From NCBI GenBank assembly GCA_942493265.1, contig OW818688.1:1218994-1282993 (forward strand): a stretch of 64,000 nt of DNA. The letters run 5' to 3'. Position 1 is the first letter of the stretch. Every line of letters begins with the position of its first letter. The notes beneath the pieces were generated by a model that made no database searches, had not been told where the DNA came from, and saw nothing but the letters and a program-made list of their open reading frames with translations. The stretch comes from an uncultured Bacteroidota bacterium. GTDB lineage: Bacteria; Bacteroidota; Bacteroidia; Bacteroidales; UBA12481. Shown here one piece after another: positions 18,414 to 27,064 of this stretch. The translations under genes were made by a program, and so were the position numbers.

Positions 18414-20264
18414 TCAGATCACCACCAGTTTTTGAGTTTTTCTTCGGTTACCCGTTTTCACGGTTGCGTAGTATATCCCCGGCTTAAGAATTCCGGCAGC
18501 ATTTATGGAACAATCGCCATGGATCGTATCCCGATAAACCATGCGGCCGCGGGAATCAATGATTTCAAAGGAGGCATCCGGGTAAGAGGGGTTGGAGAAC
18601 CTGATATTCAGTACTCCTCCGTTGCTGTTCAGCGGATTGGGAAAAATAAGCGCATCGGAGGAGTACTCATCATGTACACCGGTTCCCGAAACGATATCCT
18701 TCAGGTCCTTAATCCAGTCGTACCATTTCACGTAAATACTTGCCGCTCTCACAACCCCTTTCACCAGTTGCAGGCGGTAATCATAATGGGCCTTGCGGGT
18801 AATTTCGCCTTTGTATTCATAATCGGTATTGCAGATCACGGCAAACACCACGCTGTTGGCCGGCTTGTTTTCAAGTATCAGCGAACAGTCGCCCCCGGTT
18901 ACCGGCTGACTGTATACCGTTGTTCCATCCTTGGTGCGGTAACAGAGCTGGCACGACATGTTTTTCCCGATCGGCTGGAAATTTACCGTAACGGTGTCAC
19001 CTTCAATGAACAGCGGAATCTGGTTGGCGCCCGACCATCCCGGCGTGGTACGGTATTCAGGTGTGAGGAGGCCCATGCCGTCATTGGTGGTTTTGGCGTA
19101 TGGCGTGGCGAGCCATACCTCCGGATTCAGCCACGAAGGCTGCCATTCAGCCTTGATGCTGCTTTTAAAATTCGAGTCGAGCAGCTTTTTAATCGCACCG
19201 GTCCATTCCTTCATATCGAGGAGGGCCTGCTTGGCCCTGTATTCGGTGATAAGCCTGCGGGTTTGCGCAGCGCCCAGTGTGTCGGCAATGCCCTTCAGCA
19301 CGCGCGAGGGGCAGTATCTCCAGATCCAGGCGATGCTGCCTGTACCCAGTGTTTGTCCGAGAAATACCGGAAAAGTATTGCCATACTGGTTGCCGCCGAG
19401 CAAGTTACGCCAGGTGCAAAGCTGCTGACTGCCGTTGTAGCGGTTTACCCCTTCGGCGGATGGTCCGCCGAAGGAGCCATCCTGCAGCCATCCGCTGTAG
19501 CACTCGATGGGCATGAAGGGGGCGATGAACGGACAGGCGTTCAGGAATCCCATGCTGCTGTAATCACCCGACCTTCTGGATTCAGCCTCCTGCTGCAGCC
19601 AGGTGTTTCCGCCCTCATGAAACCAGGCGGCATTCCTGCACCCCGGGAGATCGGCCAGTATGGAGTGGATACCTTCATGAACCATCGCTCCCATCTGAAA
19701 ATTCCGGTCGCTGTAATTACAGGCAGGATCGAAACAGTACACGGGATAATAGGAGGCCAGTACCATCGGCCAGTTCTGACCATTGTACCAGATGGCGCTT
19801 TGCCAGCCTCCCAGTTCGGTGTTGGATGCATTATCAGTACAAAGGCCTGATCCAAAGAGATAGATGGCGCTGCGATATCCGTATTTAACTCGTTTGTCAG
19901 GCGGCCAGCCCATGGAATCGCGGAAATAGGCAAATTCAGCATTCATGCGTTCCAGCATCGGGGTGATGGCGGCGGAGGTTACCAGGGGATTGGCCAGGGG
20001 GCCCCACCGAAAGGTCCACCAGCCTGACGATTGCGAGCCCACAACCTGCGGACAATCATTTAAATCGCGCGATGGCATTTCCAATGCCGGAAACTCTTCC
20101 CGGAAATTGTAGTCGAGCGTGGGCTCATAGGCGGGCCAGCTGTATGGCATACCTGATACATTGCCAGATGTGGCAACCTCCTTCAGGGCGGGTTTCGTTT
20201 GTCCGTTCAGCGACAGGACCGGGACGAGGCAGCAAACAGCCGCAAGTAATCTGCAGAATTTCAT
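18414..20264 (-). CDS. Secreted T9SS-sorted protein with an HExxH motif (putative metallohydrolase; family unknown)
   Basis: 616 aa. Signal peptide, then GAMVHEGIHSILADL (HExxH) and WFHEGGNTW. The C-terminal ~80 aa (LIFPNPLNS...IYYATVKTGNRRKTQKLVVI) has the Por/T9SS CTD pattern. Confidence 0.6.
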   Translation of the reverse strand: MKFCRLLAAVCCLVPVLSLNGQTKPALKEVATSGNVSGMPYSWPAYEPTLDYNFREEFPALEMPSRDLNDCPQVVGSQSSGWWTFRWGPLANPLVTSAAITPMLERMNAEFAYFRDSMGWPPDKRVKYGYRSAIYLFGSGLCTDNASNTELGGWQSAIWYNGQNWPMVLASYYPVYCFDPACNYSDRNFQMGAMVHEGIHSILADLPGCRNAAWFHEGGNTWLQQEAESRRSGDYSSMGFLNACPFIAPFMPIECYSGWLQDGSFGGPSAEGVNRYNGSQQLCTWRNLLGGNQYGNTFPVFLGQTLGTGSIAWIWRYCPSRVLKGIADTLGAAQTRRLITEYRAKQALLDMKEWTGAIKKLLDSNFKSSIKAEWQPSWLNPEVWLATPYAKTTNDGMGLLTPEYRTTPGWSGANQIPLFIEGDTVTVNFQPIGKNMSCQLCYRTKDGTTVYSQPVTGGDCSLILENKPANSVVFAVICNTDYEYKGEITRKAHYDYRLQLVKGVVRAASIYVKWYDWIKDLKDIVSGTGVHDEYSSDALIFPNPLNSNGGVLNIRFSNPSYPDASFEIIDSRGRMVYRDTIHGDCSINAAGILKPGIYYATVKTGNRRKTQKLVVI

Positions 20265-20306
20265 GCCTAAAAATAGCGGAATATTCAGCGGCTCAACATC
20301 GTGAGG

Positions 20307-21665
20307 TCACACTTTTTCCGGCATCACATAAGGGGCCCGGTAGGTTCGCGTCAGTAACCTGTCGGCTTCAGGATCATTCACAAATTTTTCATTTTCGGAA
20401 TTAAAGATGAGCTTCCGGCCGGTACGGTAGGAAATAATGCCCAGATGCCCCAGTGAAGCCGAAAGATGTCCTTCCAGTATATCATTTTCCAGATCTTCCC
20501 TTTTTCCGCTTCGCACGCAATCGATGAGGTTTTTCCAGCCATCGTGCAGCTCTTCGGCAGGAAAATCCTTGTCGGAACGGGCGGGACCGGGTTCATTCTT
20601 ACTCCCGAAATAGGTTTTATACCCGTCCGGACTGAACGTCATCCAACCCAGATCGCTGTAAAGAAATGCATCGCCCGAGCCGGGCAGCCCTTCGGGATTG
20701 GTTGCCAGGCACCTGAATTCATTCTGAATGATCACGCCATCCGGGTATTCATAGTCGGCCATCATAATATTGGGAACCTCCTGATCGTCATCCCTGCCAA
20801 ATTTTCCGCCGGTACAATTGATTTTCACAGGATGCTCATTCTTTTGCAATGCCCACCGAACCGTATCCATCCGGTAGATGCCATTATTGCCGAACTCGGT
20901 TGTTCCGCCGGTATCCCAGAAGAAGTGCCAGTTATACAGAAACCGGTTTTCATTATACGGGCGATACGGGGCCGGTCCCAGAAAATTGTCCCAGTGAAGG
21001 CCTGCCGGTATCGGGCTGTCGGCAATCCTGCCGACCGATTCACGGTACCGGTAGGTGAGCCCTTTGGCCATATACACTTTACCCAGCATACCGTCATGCA
21101 CAAATTTGATCCCCTCCTGCACGGCTTTACTGCTCCGGTAACAGATCCCCGACTGCACCATGCGGTTGTATTTTCGGGCCGCCTCCACCATTTTCCTCCC
21201 TTCCAGTACCGTATGACTCACCGGTTTTTCCACATAAACATCCTTGCCGGCCTGACAGGCCCAGACGGTCATGAGGGCATGCCAGTGATCGGGAGTTGCC
21301 AGCGATACAACATCTATGTCTTTGTCTTCAAGTACTTTGCGATAATCATATTCGGTTGTTGGCTCGGTCCCGAATTTTTCCTTAATAATCTGGATATTTC
21401 GTGGGAACAGCCGCTCATCCACATCACAGATGGTTTTAATCCTGACATTTGGAATTTTCGCGTAGCTGTTGATATGACCTATCCCCCGCCCGTCGATGAT
21501 TCCACGTACATTCTGGCGTTCCCCCGCAATGCCGATCAGGGCAATATTTACCCGGTCATTCGGACTGTCGCTGACCATTCCTCTGATGTATGCAGGGGCA
21601 ACTAATGCTCCCCCGGCCAATACTGTTGATTTCCTCACGAAATCGCTTCTGGATATTTGTTTCAT
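20307..21665 (-). CDS. Periplasmic (Tat-like signal) Gfo/Idh/MocA oxidoreductase
   Basis: N-terminus SRSDFVRKSTVLAGGALVAPAYI, Rossmann segment VNIALIGIAGERQN, and DVYVEKP. Confidence 0.8.
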   Translation of the reverse strand: MKQISRSDFVRKSTVLAGGALVAPAYIRGMVSDSPNDRVNIALIGIAGERQNVRGIIDGRGIGHINSYAKIPNVRIKTICDVDERLFPRNIQIIKEKFGTEPTTEYDYRKVLEDKDIDVVSLATPDHWHALMTVWACQAGKDVYVEKPVSHTVLEGRKMVEAARKYNRMVQSGICYRSSKAVQEGIKFVHDGMLGKVYMAKGLTYRYRESVGRIADSPIPAGLHWDNFLGPAPYRPYNENRFLYNWHFFWDTGGTTEFGNNGIYRMDTVRWALQKNEHPVKINCTGGKFGRDDDQEVPNIMMADYEYPDGVIIQNEFRCLATNPEGLPGSGDAFLYSDLGWMTFSPDGYKTYFGSKNEPGPARSDKDFPAEELHDGWKNLIDCVRSGKREDLENDILEGHLSASLGHLGIISYRTGRKLIFNSENEKFVNDPEADRLLTRTYRAPYVMPEKV

Positions 21666-21704
21666 TGTTGTTGAATCAAATTTTTGTCCATTTTTTCTTC
21701 CTGA

Positions 21705-22607
21705 TCAGATTGCATTTTGCAAAGCCAAAAACAAACCGCGGTAGTATTGCATAAACCTAACCGGTTCGCAACTTGCCTCGACTTCTGCATTGCAATAGCC
21801 CTGGTATCCTGATTCCGCCAGCAGCTTGAAAAACAGGCGGTAGGGATATTCAGCATTAAACAATTCATGCATGTGAACCCCTTTGATGCGGTCCTTCACC
21901 AGATTGAAATTGGATTCCATGCCTTCGCCGGCTGCATCTGACGGATCACAATTCCAATTGACATATACATAAGGACTTTTAGAATAGTCGATTATCTTTT
22001 TAATCATGGTAACGGAATTTGTTCCCTGACCATGCACGCACACCCGGATTTCCACTCCATGATCATGGGCAAAGGAGCTTACCTCGGCAAGGGCTTTCCC
22101 GATCCGTTCCATGGTTTTTTCCTTATCCTCTCCATCCACGAAGGCATTGGGGAAAACCCGGATTCCCGTTGCCCCGACATCCTGCGCAAGCTTCACAAAT
22201 TCCTTCGTTCCCGCAATATTGCTTTTCAGCTCGGCCGCGTCGGGTGAATGGTAGGCGAAAGCACTTGCCAGACTGATGGTTTCGAGTGCGGAATCCTTAA
22301 ACCGCTTCCTGACATCCGCCCGCTGTGCCGCCGACAGGGTAACTTCCACCCCGTGTTTATGGGTGGTGCGCAGTTCAACTGATTTCCACTCCGCTTCGGT
22401 ACAATTTTTTATAATGGTTTCGATATCCCAATCCTTACCCAGATTATAGGTCATCAATCCTATTTTCAAAGGATTCTGGTTCAGCTTGATACCATTTTTC
22501 TGCTGCGGATCGATCACGGAAGCCCCGGCATAAGCGGGAACCACCAATGCGGTTGCCGACAGGGCAGCCGATTTCAGAAAGTTTCTTCTTGAGGATTCAG
22601 TTTTCAT
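21705..22607 (-). CDS. Tat-signal sugar-phosphate isomerase/epimerase (xylose-isomerase-like TIM barrel)
   Basis: SRRNFLKSAALSATALVVPAYAGA twin-arginine signal. The TIM-barrel pattern, with VELRTTHKHGV and GVEIRVCVHGQ blocks, is typical of AP endonuclease 2 / XylA-like family proteins. Confidence 0.7.
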   Translation of the reverse strand: MKTESSRRNFLKSAALSATALVVPAYAGASVIDPQQKNGIKLNQNPLKIGLMTYNLGKDWDIETIIKNCTEAEWKSVELRTTHKHGVEVTLSAAQRADVRKRFKDSALETISLASAFAYHSPDAAELKSNIAGTKEFVKLAQDVGATGIRVFPNAFVDGEDKEKTMERIGKALAEVSSFAHDHGVEIRVCVHGQGTNSVTMIKKIIDYSKSPYVYVNWNCDPSDAAGEGMESNFNLVKDRIKGVHMHELFNAEYPYRLFFKLLAESGYQGYCNAEVEASCEPVRFMQYYRGLFLALQNAI

Positions 22608-22609
22608 GT

Positions 22610-25600
22610 TTATCTTTTTAATGACTCTGGCGGACCCAGGTAGGATTTCCTGACCCCGCCCGTATTCAGGATTAGCTTGTCGATTACCACTCCCGGATCC
22701 ACCATCCTGATTTTCAGGATATGGGCACCCGGCTGATCAATCATCAGTTCGGTTTTCAATGGCATCAGATTATCCATCACATTCCGGTCGGCCGGCTTGA
22801 ACGACACCAATTGCGGCTGGTTGTCATCAACCGACACGGCCACGCGCAATCCATAGCCTGAGTGGATGGGGTAGGAGGGAATGCAGTTTAACTGCAGCGC
22901 CACTTTTCCGGTGGTGAAAAGATAGAGGTCGTACTCCAGCAGTGGCGAGTCCGGCACAATACGGGCCGGATCAGTTACCGGGGCAATAGTGGTTGACAGC
23001 ACGGTAACCGAATTGCCTGTGCGGCCCAGTCCTTCAATGATATTCCACCCGGCCTCCTTTCCTTTTACGTTTCGTGAAAAGTTCTCGGCCTCCATGGAAA
23101 TATATCCGTTGCTCTCCACAAATCCCTTCACTACTTCCGGCGACGGGCTTGCCAGATTAAACTGGGTGACACTGAACTCCCTCGACCGGCCGGGCACGCT
23201 GTATGTAAGCTCGCCCTTCCGGTAAGCCTGCCGGTCTTTTTCCGACAGCTGATCATAGTCGGTCCATTCATCATCGGCCGCGGTTGACCATCGGAAAGTG
23301 ATTTTACCTTTTTCAGCCAGGCCCTTGGGGGCCTTTTTCCAATCGATCGAAACCCAGATCCTTTTTTCATCATATAGGGCACCCGAGGTTTCGGTTAAAA
23401 CGATCCAATCATCAGAAACTGCAGAAGACCAATAGATTACACCGTTTCCGGTATTATACAGGTCGATGAATCCCCTGTCCTGGTTATACACGCTGAATCC
23501 CGGCAGGTTTACTGAATCACCGCCTTCGGCAGCTGCCTGCAGGGCGGGTTCCCCTTCACCGGAGTAAAAACTCAGCGGGGGCATGTCCCACTGACGCCAC
23601 TGTCCGCCCCAGGGACCCGGCAACGAGGCCATGCGGTCCCATTTTTTCCCGGTGGTAACCAGTTCCCGGTTGTAATGACGGATCAGGCTGTATATATCAT
23701 TTTCAGCCTGTTGCGCTTTTGCTGCGTATCCGGCAGCACTGCTTCTCCTTTGCGCACCGTACACAATGCTTTTCTGAGCATTGAGGATTTTCCTGTTTTG
23801 GAGCGCGGAGCCCTTCACATTATATACCACCGTTTCGAAAAAGGCATCTTTCTGTTCGCGGGGCAGGGATTCATAAATTTCATCGACCTGCCGGATCAGG
23901 CTGTCGTACTCATCCAACCTTTGCTGAGCCTCATCATCATACTCGTTGATGCTGAACCAATCCCATGCCGTGGTCCCCTTTCTTCCGTCGAACAGGACCA
24001 TACTTTCCGGCCGGCGGGCATATCCCAGTTCATAGTGCTTGTTCAGAATGTCTGCAATGGCGCCGGCGTGTTCAGCCCCAAAATCACGCGTTGCCCATTG
24101 GGTAACGAACTGACTGGAATTCTGATGGTCCCACACGGAAATATCCCAGGCCATCTGCATGAAATACTCGATATTGATCTCGGCCGGCTTGATATCGCCC
24201 ACATTAACGATCCAGAGTTTATTTGCCCCGTTGTCATAAGCCTTTTTCATCTCCATCCAGGTGAGCGCCAGCGGGGTGGTGCAAGTCCAGGTGTATGCCG
24301 TAGTGGCCCCGTTGAGCCACTGAAAATGATAATAGATGCCCGATCCGCCCGGTCGCAGCCGTTCCTTCTGGTCGGGCAGCTGCCGGATATTCCCGAAATT
24401 ATCGTCGGGCCAGCAGATGATCACATCATCCGGCAATTTCAGTCCCTGGTTATAGAGCCCCAGCACCTCGGTATACGGGATCAGCACCTGCGGAACCCGG
24501 GTCACATCTTTATTCACCCATTTCCGGAGGATGCTCCGCTGATCGGCAAAAATCCTTTCCAGAACGGGTACCGTGATATCGGTTCCGGCTTCATCATCTT
24601 TCCCCCTTTTACCGAGGGTATAGATGTTTTCGTAGCGACCGTTGGCTTTTACCCGGTCTTCCCAGTATTTGTAAATGTGATCCCTGTTTTTCACATAATC
24701 CCAGGGCTCTCCGGGATATTCAATGTCCCATTCGGCACCGGCGATATTATTCCGCAGCATGGGTTCGATATGCGAGGAGCCCATGATAATAGCGTATTGA
24801 TCGGCCACCACCTTATTCTGTTCGTACTGGTTGAACGGCCTGGTTTGCTGATGCATGGCCGGCCAGAGGGTATTGGCTTTCAGTCTGAGCAGGAGCTCGA
24901 ATATCTTGCTGTAGGTGGTGGGCCCGAGACCCTTTCCCTCCTCGGGGGCGAGCGTATGCATAGCCCAGGGGCGGAGGCCCCACATCTCATCATTGATAAA
25001 GATGCCGCGGTATTTTACCGACGGGGATTGGAGGATCTGTTTTCCGGCTTTAATGGATATTTCCGTACTCTTTTTCGGGGGTACATCGGCAAAATAGTAC
25101 CAGGGCGAAACGCCGATCTGCTTCGATAATTCGAAGACCCCGTAGGCCGTTCCCCGCCGGTCGCTCCCGGCAATCACCAGTGCTTTGGAGATGCCCGGCA
25201 GGGGATTATCGATGGTTTGGGTCAGACAGCTTTCCCATTGGCCTTTAACACCCGATACATCGATTTTTTTGTTGGCGATGAGTTTTTTGATGATCCGGCT
25301 TTTTTCAATGGAGCCGATGATTACGCAGTATGGGATTGGATCCGTTTGTCCGGTTATCAGCGCTGGTTTATAGCCCGTTACCCGCTCCACATCTTCCCGG
25401 AACAAGTTTGCGCATAGTTTCACAACCGGGAAATCCTCCTCATCGATCAGAATCAGTGCATGATGCTGATTGGTAACCAGTTGAAAGTCGGTGGCCGTGG
25501 GATTTGCGGTGAGGATGCTGGCGGGGAAGGCGGTTGATTGCGCCAGGGCCGGGCCCATTGATAAAGCGGTGAGCGATAGAAAAATCAACAGTCGGGTTTT

Positions 25601-25612
25601 GATTGAATCCAT
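22610..25612 (-). CDS. GH115 alpha-glucuronidase
   Basis: 1000 aa. GSDRRGTAYGVFELSKQIGVSPWYYFADVPPKK and GIFINDEMWGLRPWA are characteristic GH115 blocks. Confidence 0.85.
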   Translation of the reverse strand: MDSIKTRLLIFLSLTALSMGPALAQSTAFPASILTANPTATDFQLVTNQHHALILIDEEDFPVVKLCANLFREDVERVTGYKPALITGQTDPIPYCVIIGSIEKSRIIKKLIANKKIDVSGVKGQWESCLTQTIDNPLPGISKALVIAGSDRRGTAYGVFELSKQIGVSPWYYFADVPPKKSTEISIKAGKQILQSPSVKYRGIFINDEMWGLRPWAMHTLAPEEGKGLGPTTYSKIFELLLRLKANTLWPAMHQQTRPFNQYEQNKVVADQYAIIMGSSHIEPMLRNNIAGAEWDIEYPGEPWDYVKNRDHIYKYWEDRVKANGRYENIYTLGKRGKDDEAGTDITVPVLERIFADQRSILRKWVNKDVTRVPQVLIPYTEVLGLYNQGLKLPDDVIICWPDDNFGNIRQLPDQKERLRPGGSGIYYHFQWLNGATTAYTWTCTTPLALTWMEMKKAYDNGANKLWIVNVGDIKPAEINIEYFMQMAWDISVWDHQNSSQFVTQWATRDFGAEHAGAIADILNKHYELGYARRPESMVLFDGRKGTTAWDWFSINEYDDEAQQRLDEYDSLIRQVDEIYESLPREQKDAFFETVVYNVKGSALQNRKILNAQKSIVYGAQRRSSAAGYAAKAQQAENDIYSLIRHYNRELVTTGKKWDRMASLPGPWGGQWRQWDMPPLSFYSGEGEPALQAAAEGGDSVNLPGFSVYNQDRGFIDLYNTGNGVIYWSSAVSDDWIVLTETSGALYDEKRIWVSIDWKKAPKGLAEKGKITFRWSTAADDEWTDYDQLSEKDRQAYRKGELTYSVPGRSREFSVTQFNLASPSPEVVKGFVESNGYISMEAENFSRNVKGKEAGWNIIEGLGRTGNSVTVLSTTIAPVTDPARIVPDSPLLEYDLYLFTTGKVALQLNCIPSYPIHSGYGLRVAVSVDDNQPQLVSFKPADRNVMDNLMPLKTELMIDQPGAHILKIRMVDPGVVIDKLILNTGGVRKSYLGPPESLKR

Positions 25613-25695
25613 TAACTGGAGGGTATAAAGTTTTTCAAAGGTTAGCCAAGATTACTGTCGGTATAAAGTTAACAGACCCATTTTATTTATCTGCT

Positions 25696-25726
25696 TAGCA
25701 AATTGGCAGGTATGGATACTAACTTG
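25696..25726 (-). promoter_or_regulatory. Conserved 31-bp operon-leader motif, copy 1 (upstream of the GH115 operon)
   Basis: Minus-sense CAAGTTAGTAtccatacctgcCAATTTGCTA, 84 nt upstream of the ATG at 25612. It overlaps the last codons and stop of the MFS gene. Confidence 0.6.
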
Positions 25727-27026
25727 ACCAGGTGGAGATCAGTGCCTTTGTATGCGGTGTGGTGTTTGCGCATGGCTTGATTTCCCGGATAAAAAGTTTC
25801 AGGATTATCCAGTTGACCAGGTAAACGGAAGATGCCACGAAGAAGATTAAAAAATAGCTTCCGGTACTTTCAAGAATCAGTCCGATAAAGGAAGCCGACA
25901 GGGCGCCTCCCGCGGCACCGGCAAATCCGCTGAGTCCAACCATGGTTCCAACAGCCTGTTTCGGATAAATATCTGAAACAATGGTGAAAATATTGGATGC
26001 CCACCCCTGGTGGCCGGCAGCGGCCAATGCAATCAGAATCACGGCAATCCAAAGATTATGCGTTTGAGATACCAGCATCACCGGCAGGATAATCAATGCA
26101 CAGATCAGGATGCTTCTTTTCCGGGCAAAATCAATGGATTTCCCTGCAGTAATAAACCGTGAGGAAAGCCAGCCTCCGCCAATGCCGCCAATGCTGGAAA
26201 CAGAATAAATGACTATGATCGGAATTACGGCCTCTTTCATATCAATACCGTGTGCCTTATTCAGGTAATCAGGAATCCAGAACAGGAAAAACCACCATAC
26301 CCAATCAGAAATGAAACGGGTGGAACAGATTGCCCGGGTCTGTTTCAACCTGAACAGGTCAATCCATCTTATTTTATTTTTATTATCTGTATCTAACTCA
26401 TCCTGATTGATATACAGCAGCTCCTCTTTTGATATTTCCGGATGTTTTTCGGGAACCTGATACCAGGCTATCCAAAAAATCAGCCAGATAAAACCAAGCG
26501 AGCCAGTTATGATAAAGGCCCATTTCCAGCCCAGGCTCAGGGAAATCGCGGTTACAATCAGGGGAGCAATAATGGCCCCGATGGTGGATCCGGAGTTGAA
26601 AAGACCGGTGGCAAAAGCCCGTTCTTTTTTGGGAAACCATTCAGCCACGCTTTTAACGGCTGCCGGGAAATTGGCGGATTCACCGAGTCCGAGGGTAAAC
26701 CGGGCCACCGCAAAACCAACCACACCGCGTGCTGCGGCATGAGCCATCCCTGCAAGGCTCCAAACGACAATAGCCCACAAGTACCCGATGCGGGTACCGA
26801 ACTTATCCAAAAACCGGCCCGTCGAGATCAGTCCTATGGCATACGCAACCTGAAAAGCCGTTACGATGTACCCGTAATCGGCCTCACTCCAGGCCAGTTC
26901 TTCAGAAATGAAGGGTTTCAGCAATCCGATTACCTGCCGGTCGATGTAATTGATGGTGGTGGCAAAAAAGAGCAGGGACAGAATCCTCCAGCGATAATTT
27001 TGGGTATTGGTAACCAGTTTATTCAT
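25719..27026 (-). CDS. MFS transporter, hexuronate (ExuT/ACS)-like
   Basis: 435 aa, 12 TM helices. YRWRILSLLFFATTINYIDRQVIGLLKPFI is typical of ACS-family hexuronate/sugar-acid transporters. Confidence 0.8.
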   Translation of the reverse strand: MNKLVTNTQNYRWRILSLLFFATTINYIDRQVIGLLKPFISEELAWSEADYGYIVTAFQVAYAIGLISTGRFLDKFGTRIGYLWAIVVWSLAGMAHAAARGVVGFAVARFTLGLGESANFPAAVKSVAEWFPKKERAFATGLFNSGSTIGAIIAPLIVTAISLSLGWKWAFIITGSLGFIWLIFWIAWYQVPEKHPEISKEELLYINQDELDTDNKNKIRWIDLFRLKQTRAICSTRFISDWVWWFFLFWIPDYLNKAHGIDMKEAVIPIIVIYSVSSIGGIGGGWLSSRFITAGKSIDFARKRSILICALIILPVMLVSQTHNLWIAVILIALAAAGHQGWASNIFTIVSDIYPKQAVGTMVGLSGFAGAAGGALSASFIGLILESTGSYFLIFFVASSVYLVNWIILKLFIREIKPCANTTPHTKALISTWSS

Positions 27027-27064
27027 TGCGGGATTTGGTCTGTCAGGATTCTGAAATTGGTTAA

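Noticed and set aside
18432-19850. Long plus-strand ORFs antisense to real minus-strand genes: 18432-19850 (472 aa), 20466-21605 (379 aa), 23675-25129 (484 aa), 26442-27083, 27971-28645, 46726-47796 (356 aa) and 48310-48873.
   Set aside because: These are shadow ORFs of well-supported genes on the opposite strand. Their translations are Arg/Gly/Pro/His-rich, lack any recognisable motif, and fully overlap genes that have clear family signatures.
25696-25726. Could the conserved leader motif be a canonical Bacteroidota sigma-A promoter (-33 TTTG / -7 TAnnTTTG) or a sigma-54 promoter (TGGCAC-N5-TTGC)?
   Set aside because: The two half-sites are only ~12 nt apart edge to edge, against an expected ~19. 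The -7-like half is CCAATTTG, not TAnnTTTG. The TTGGCAGG seen in two copies is not conserved in the others (TTGATAGA/TTGGTAGG), lacks the -12 GC element, and points away from the genes.
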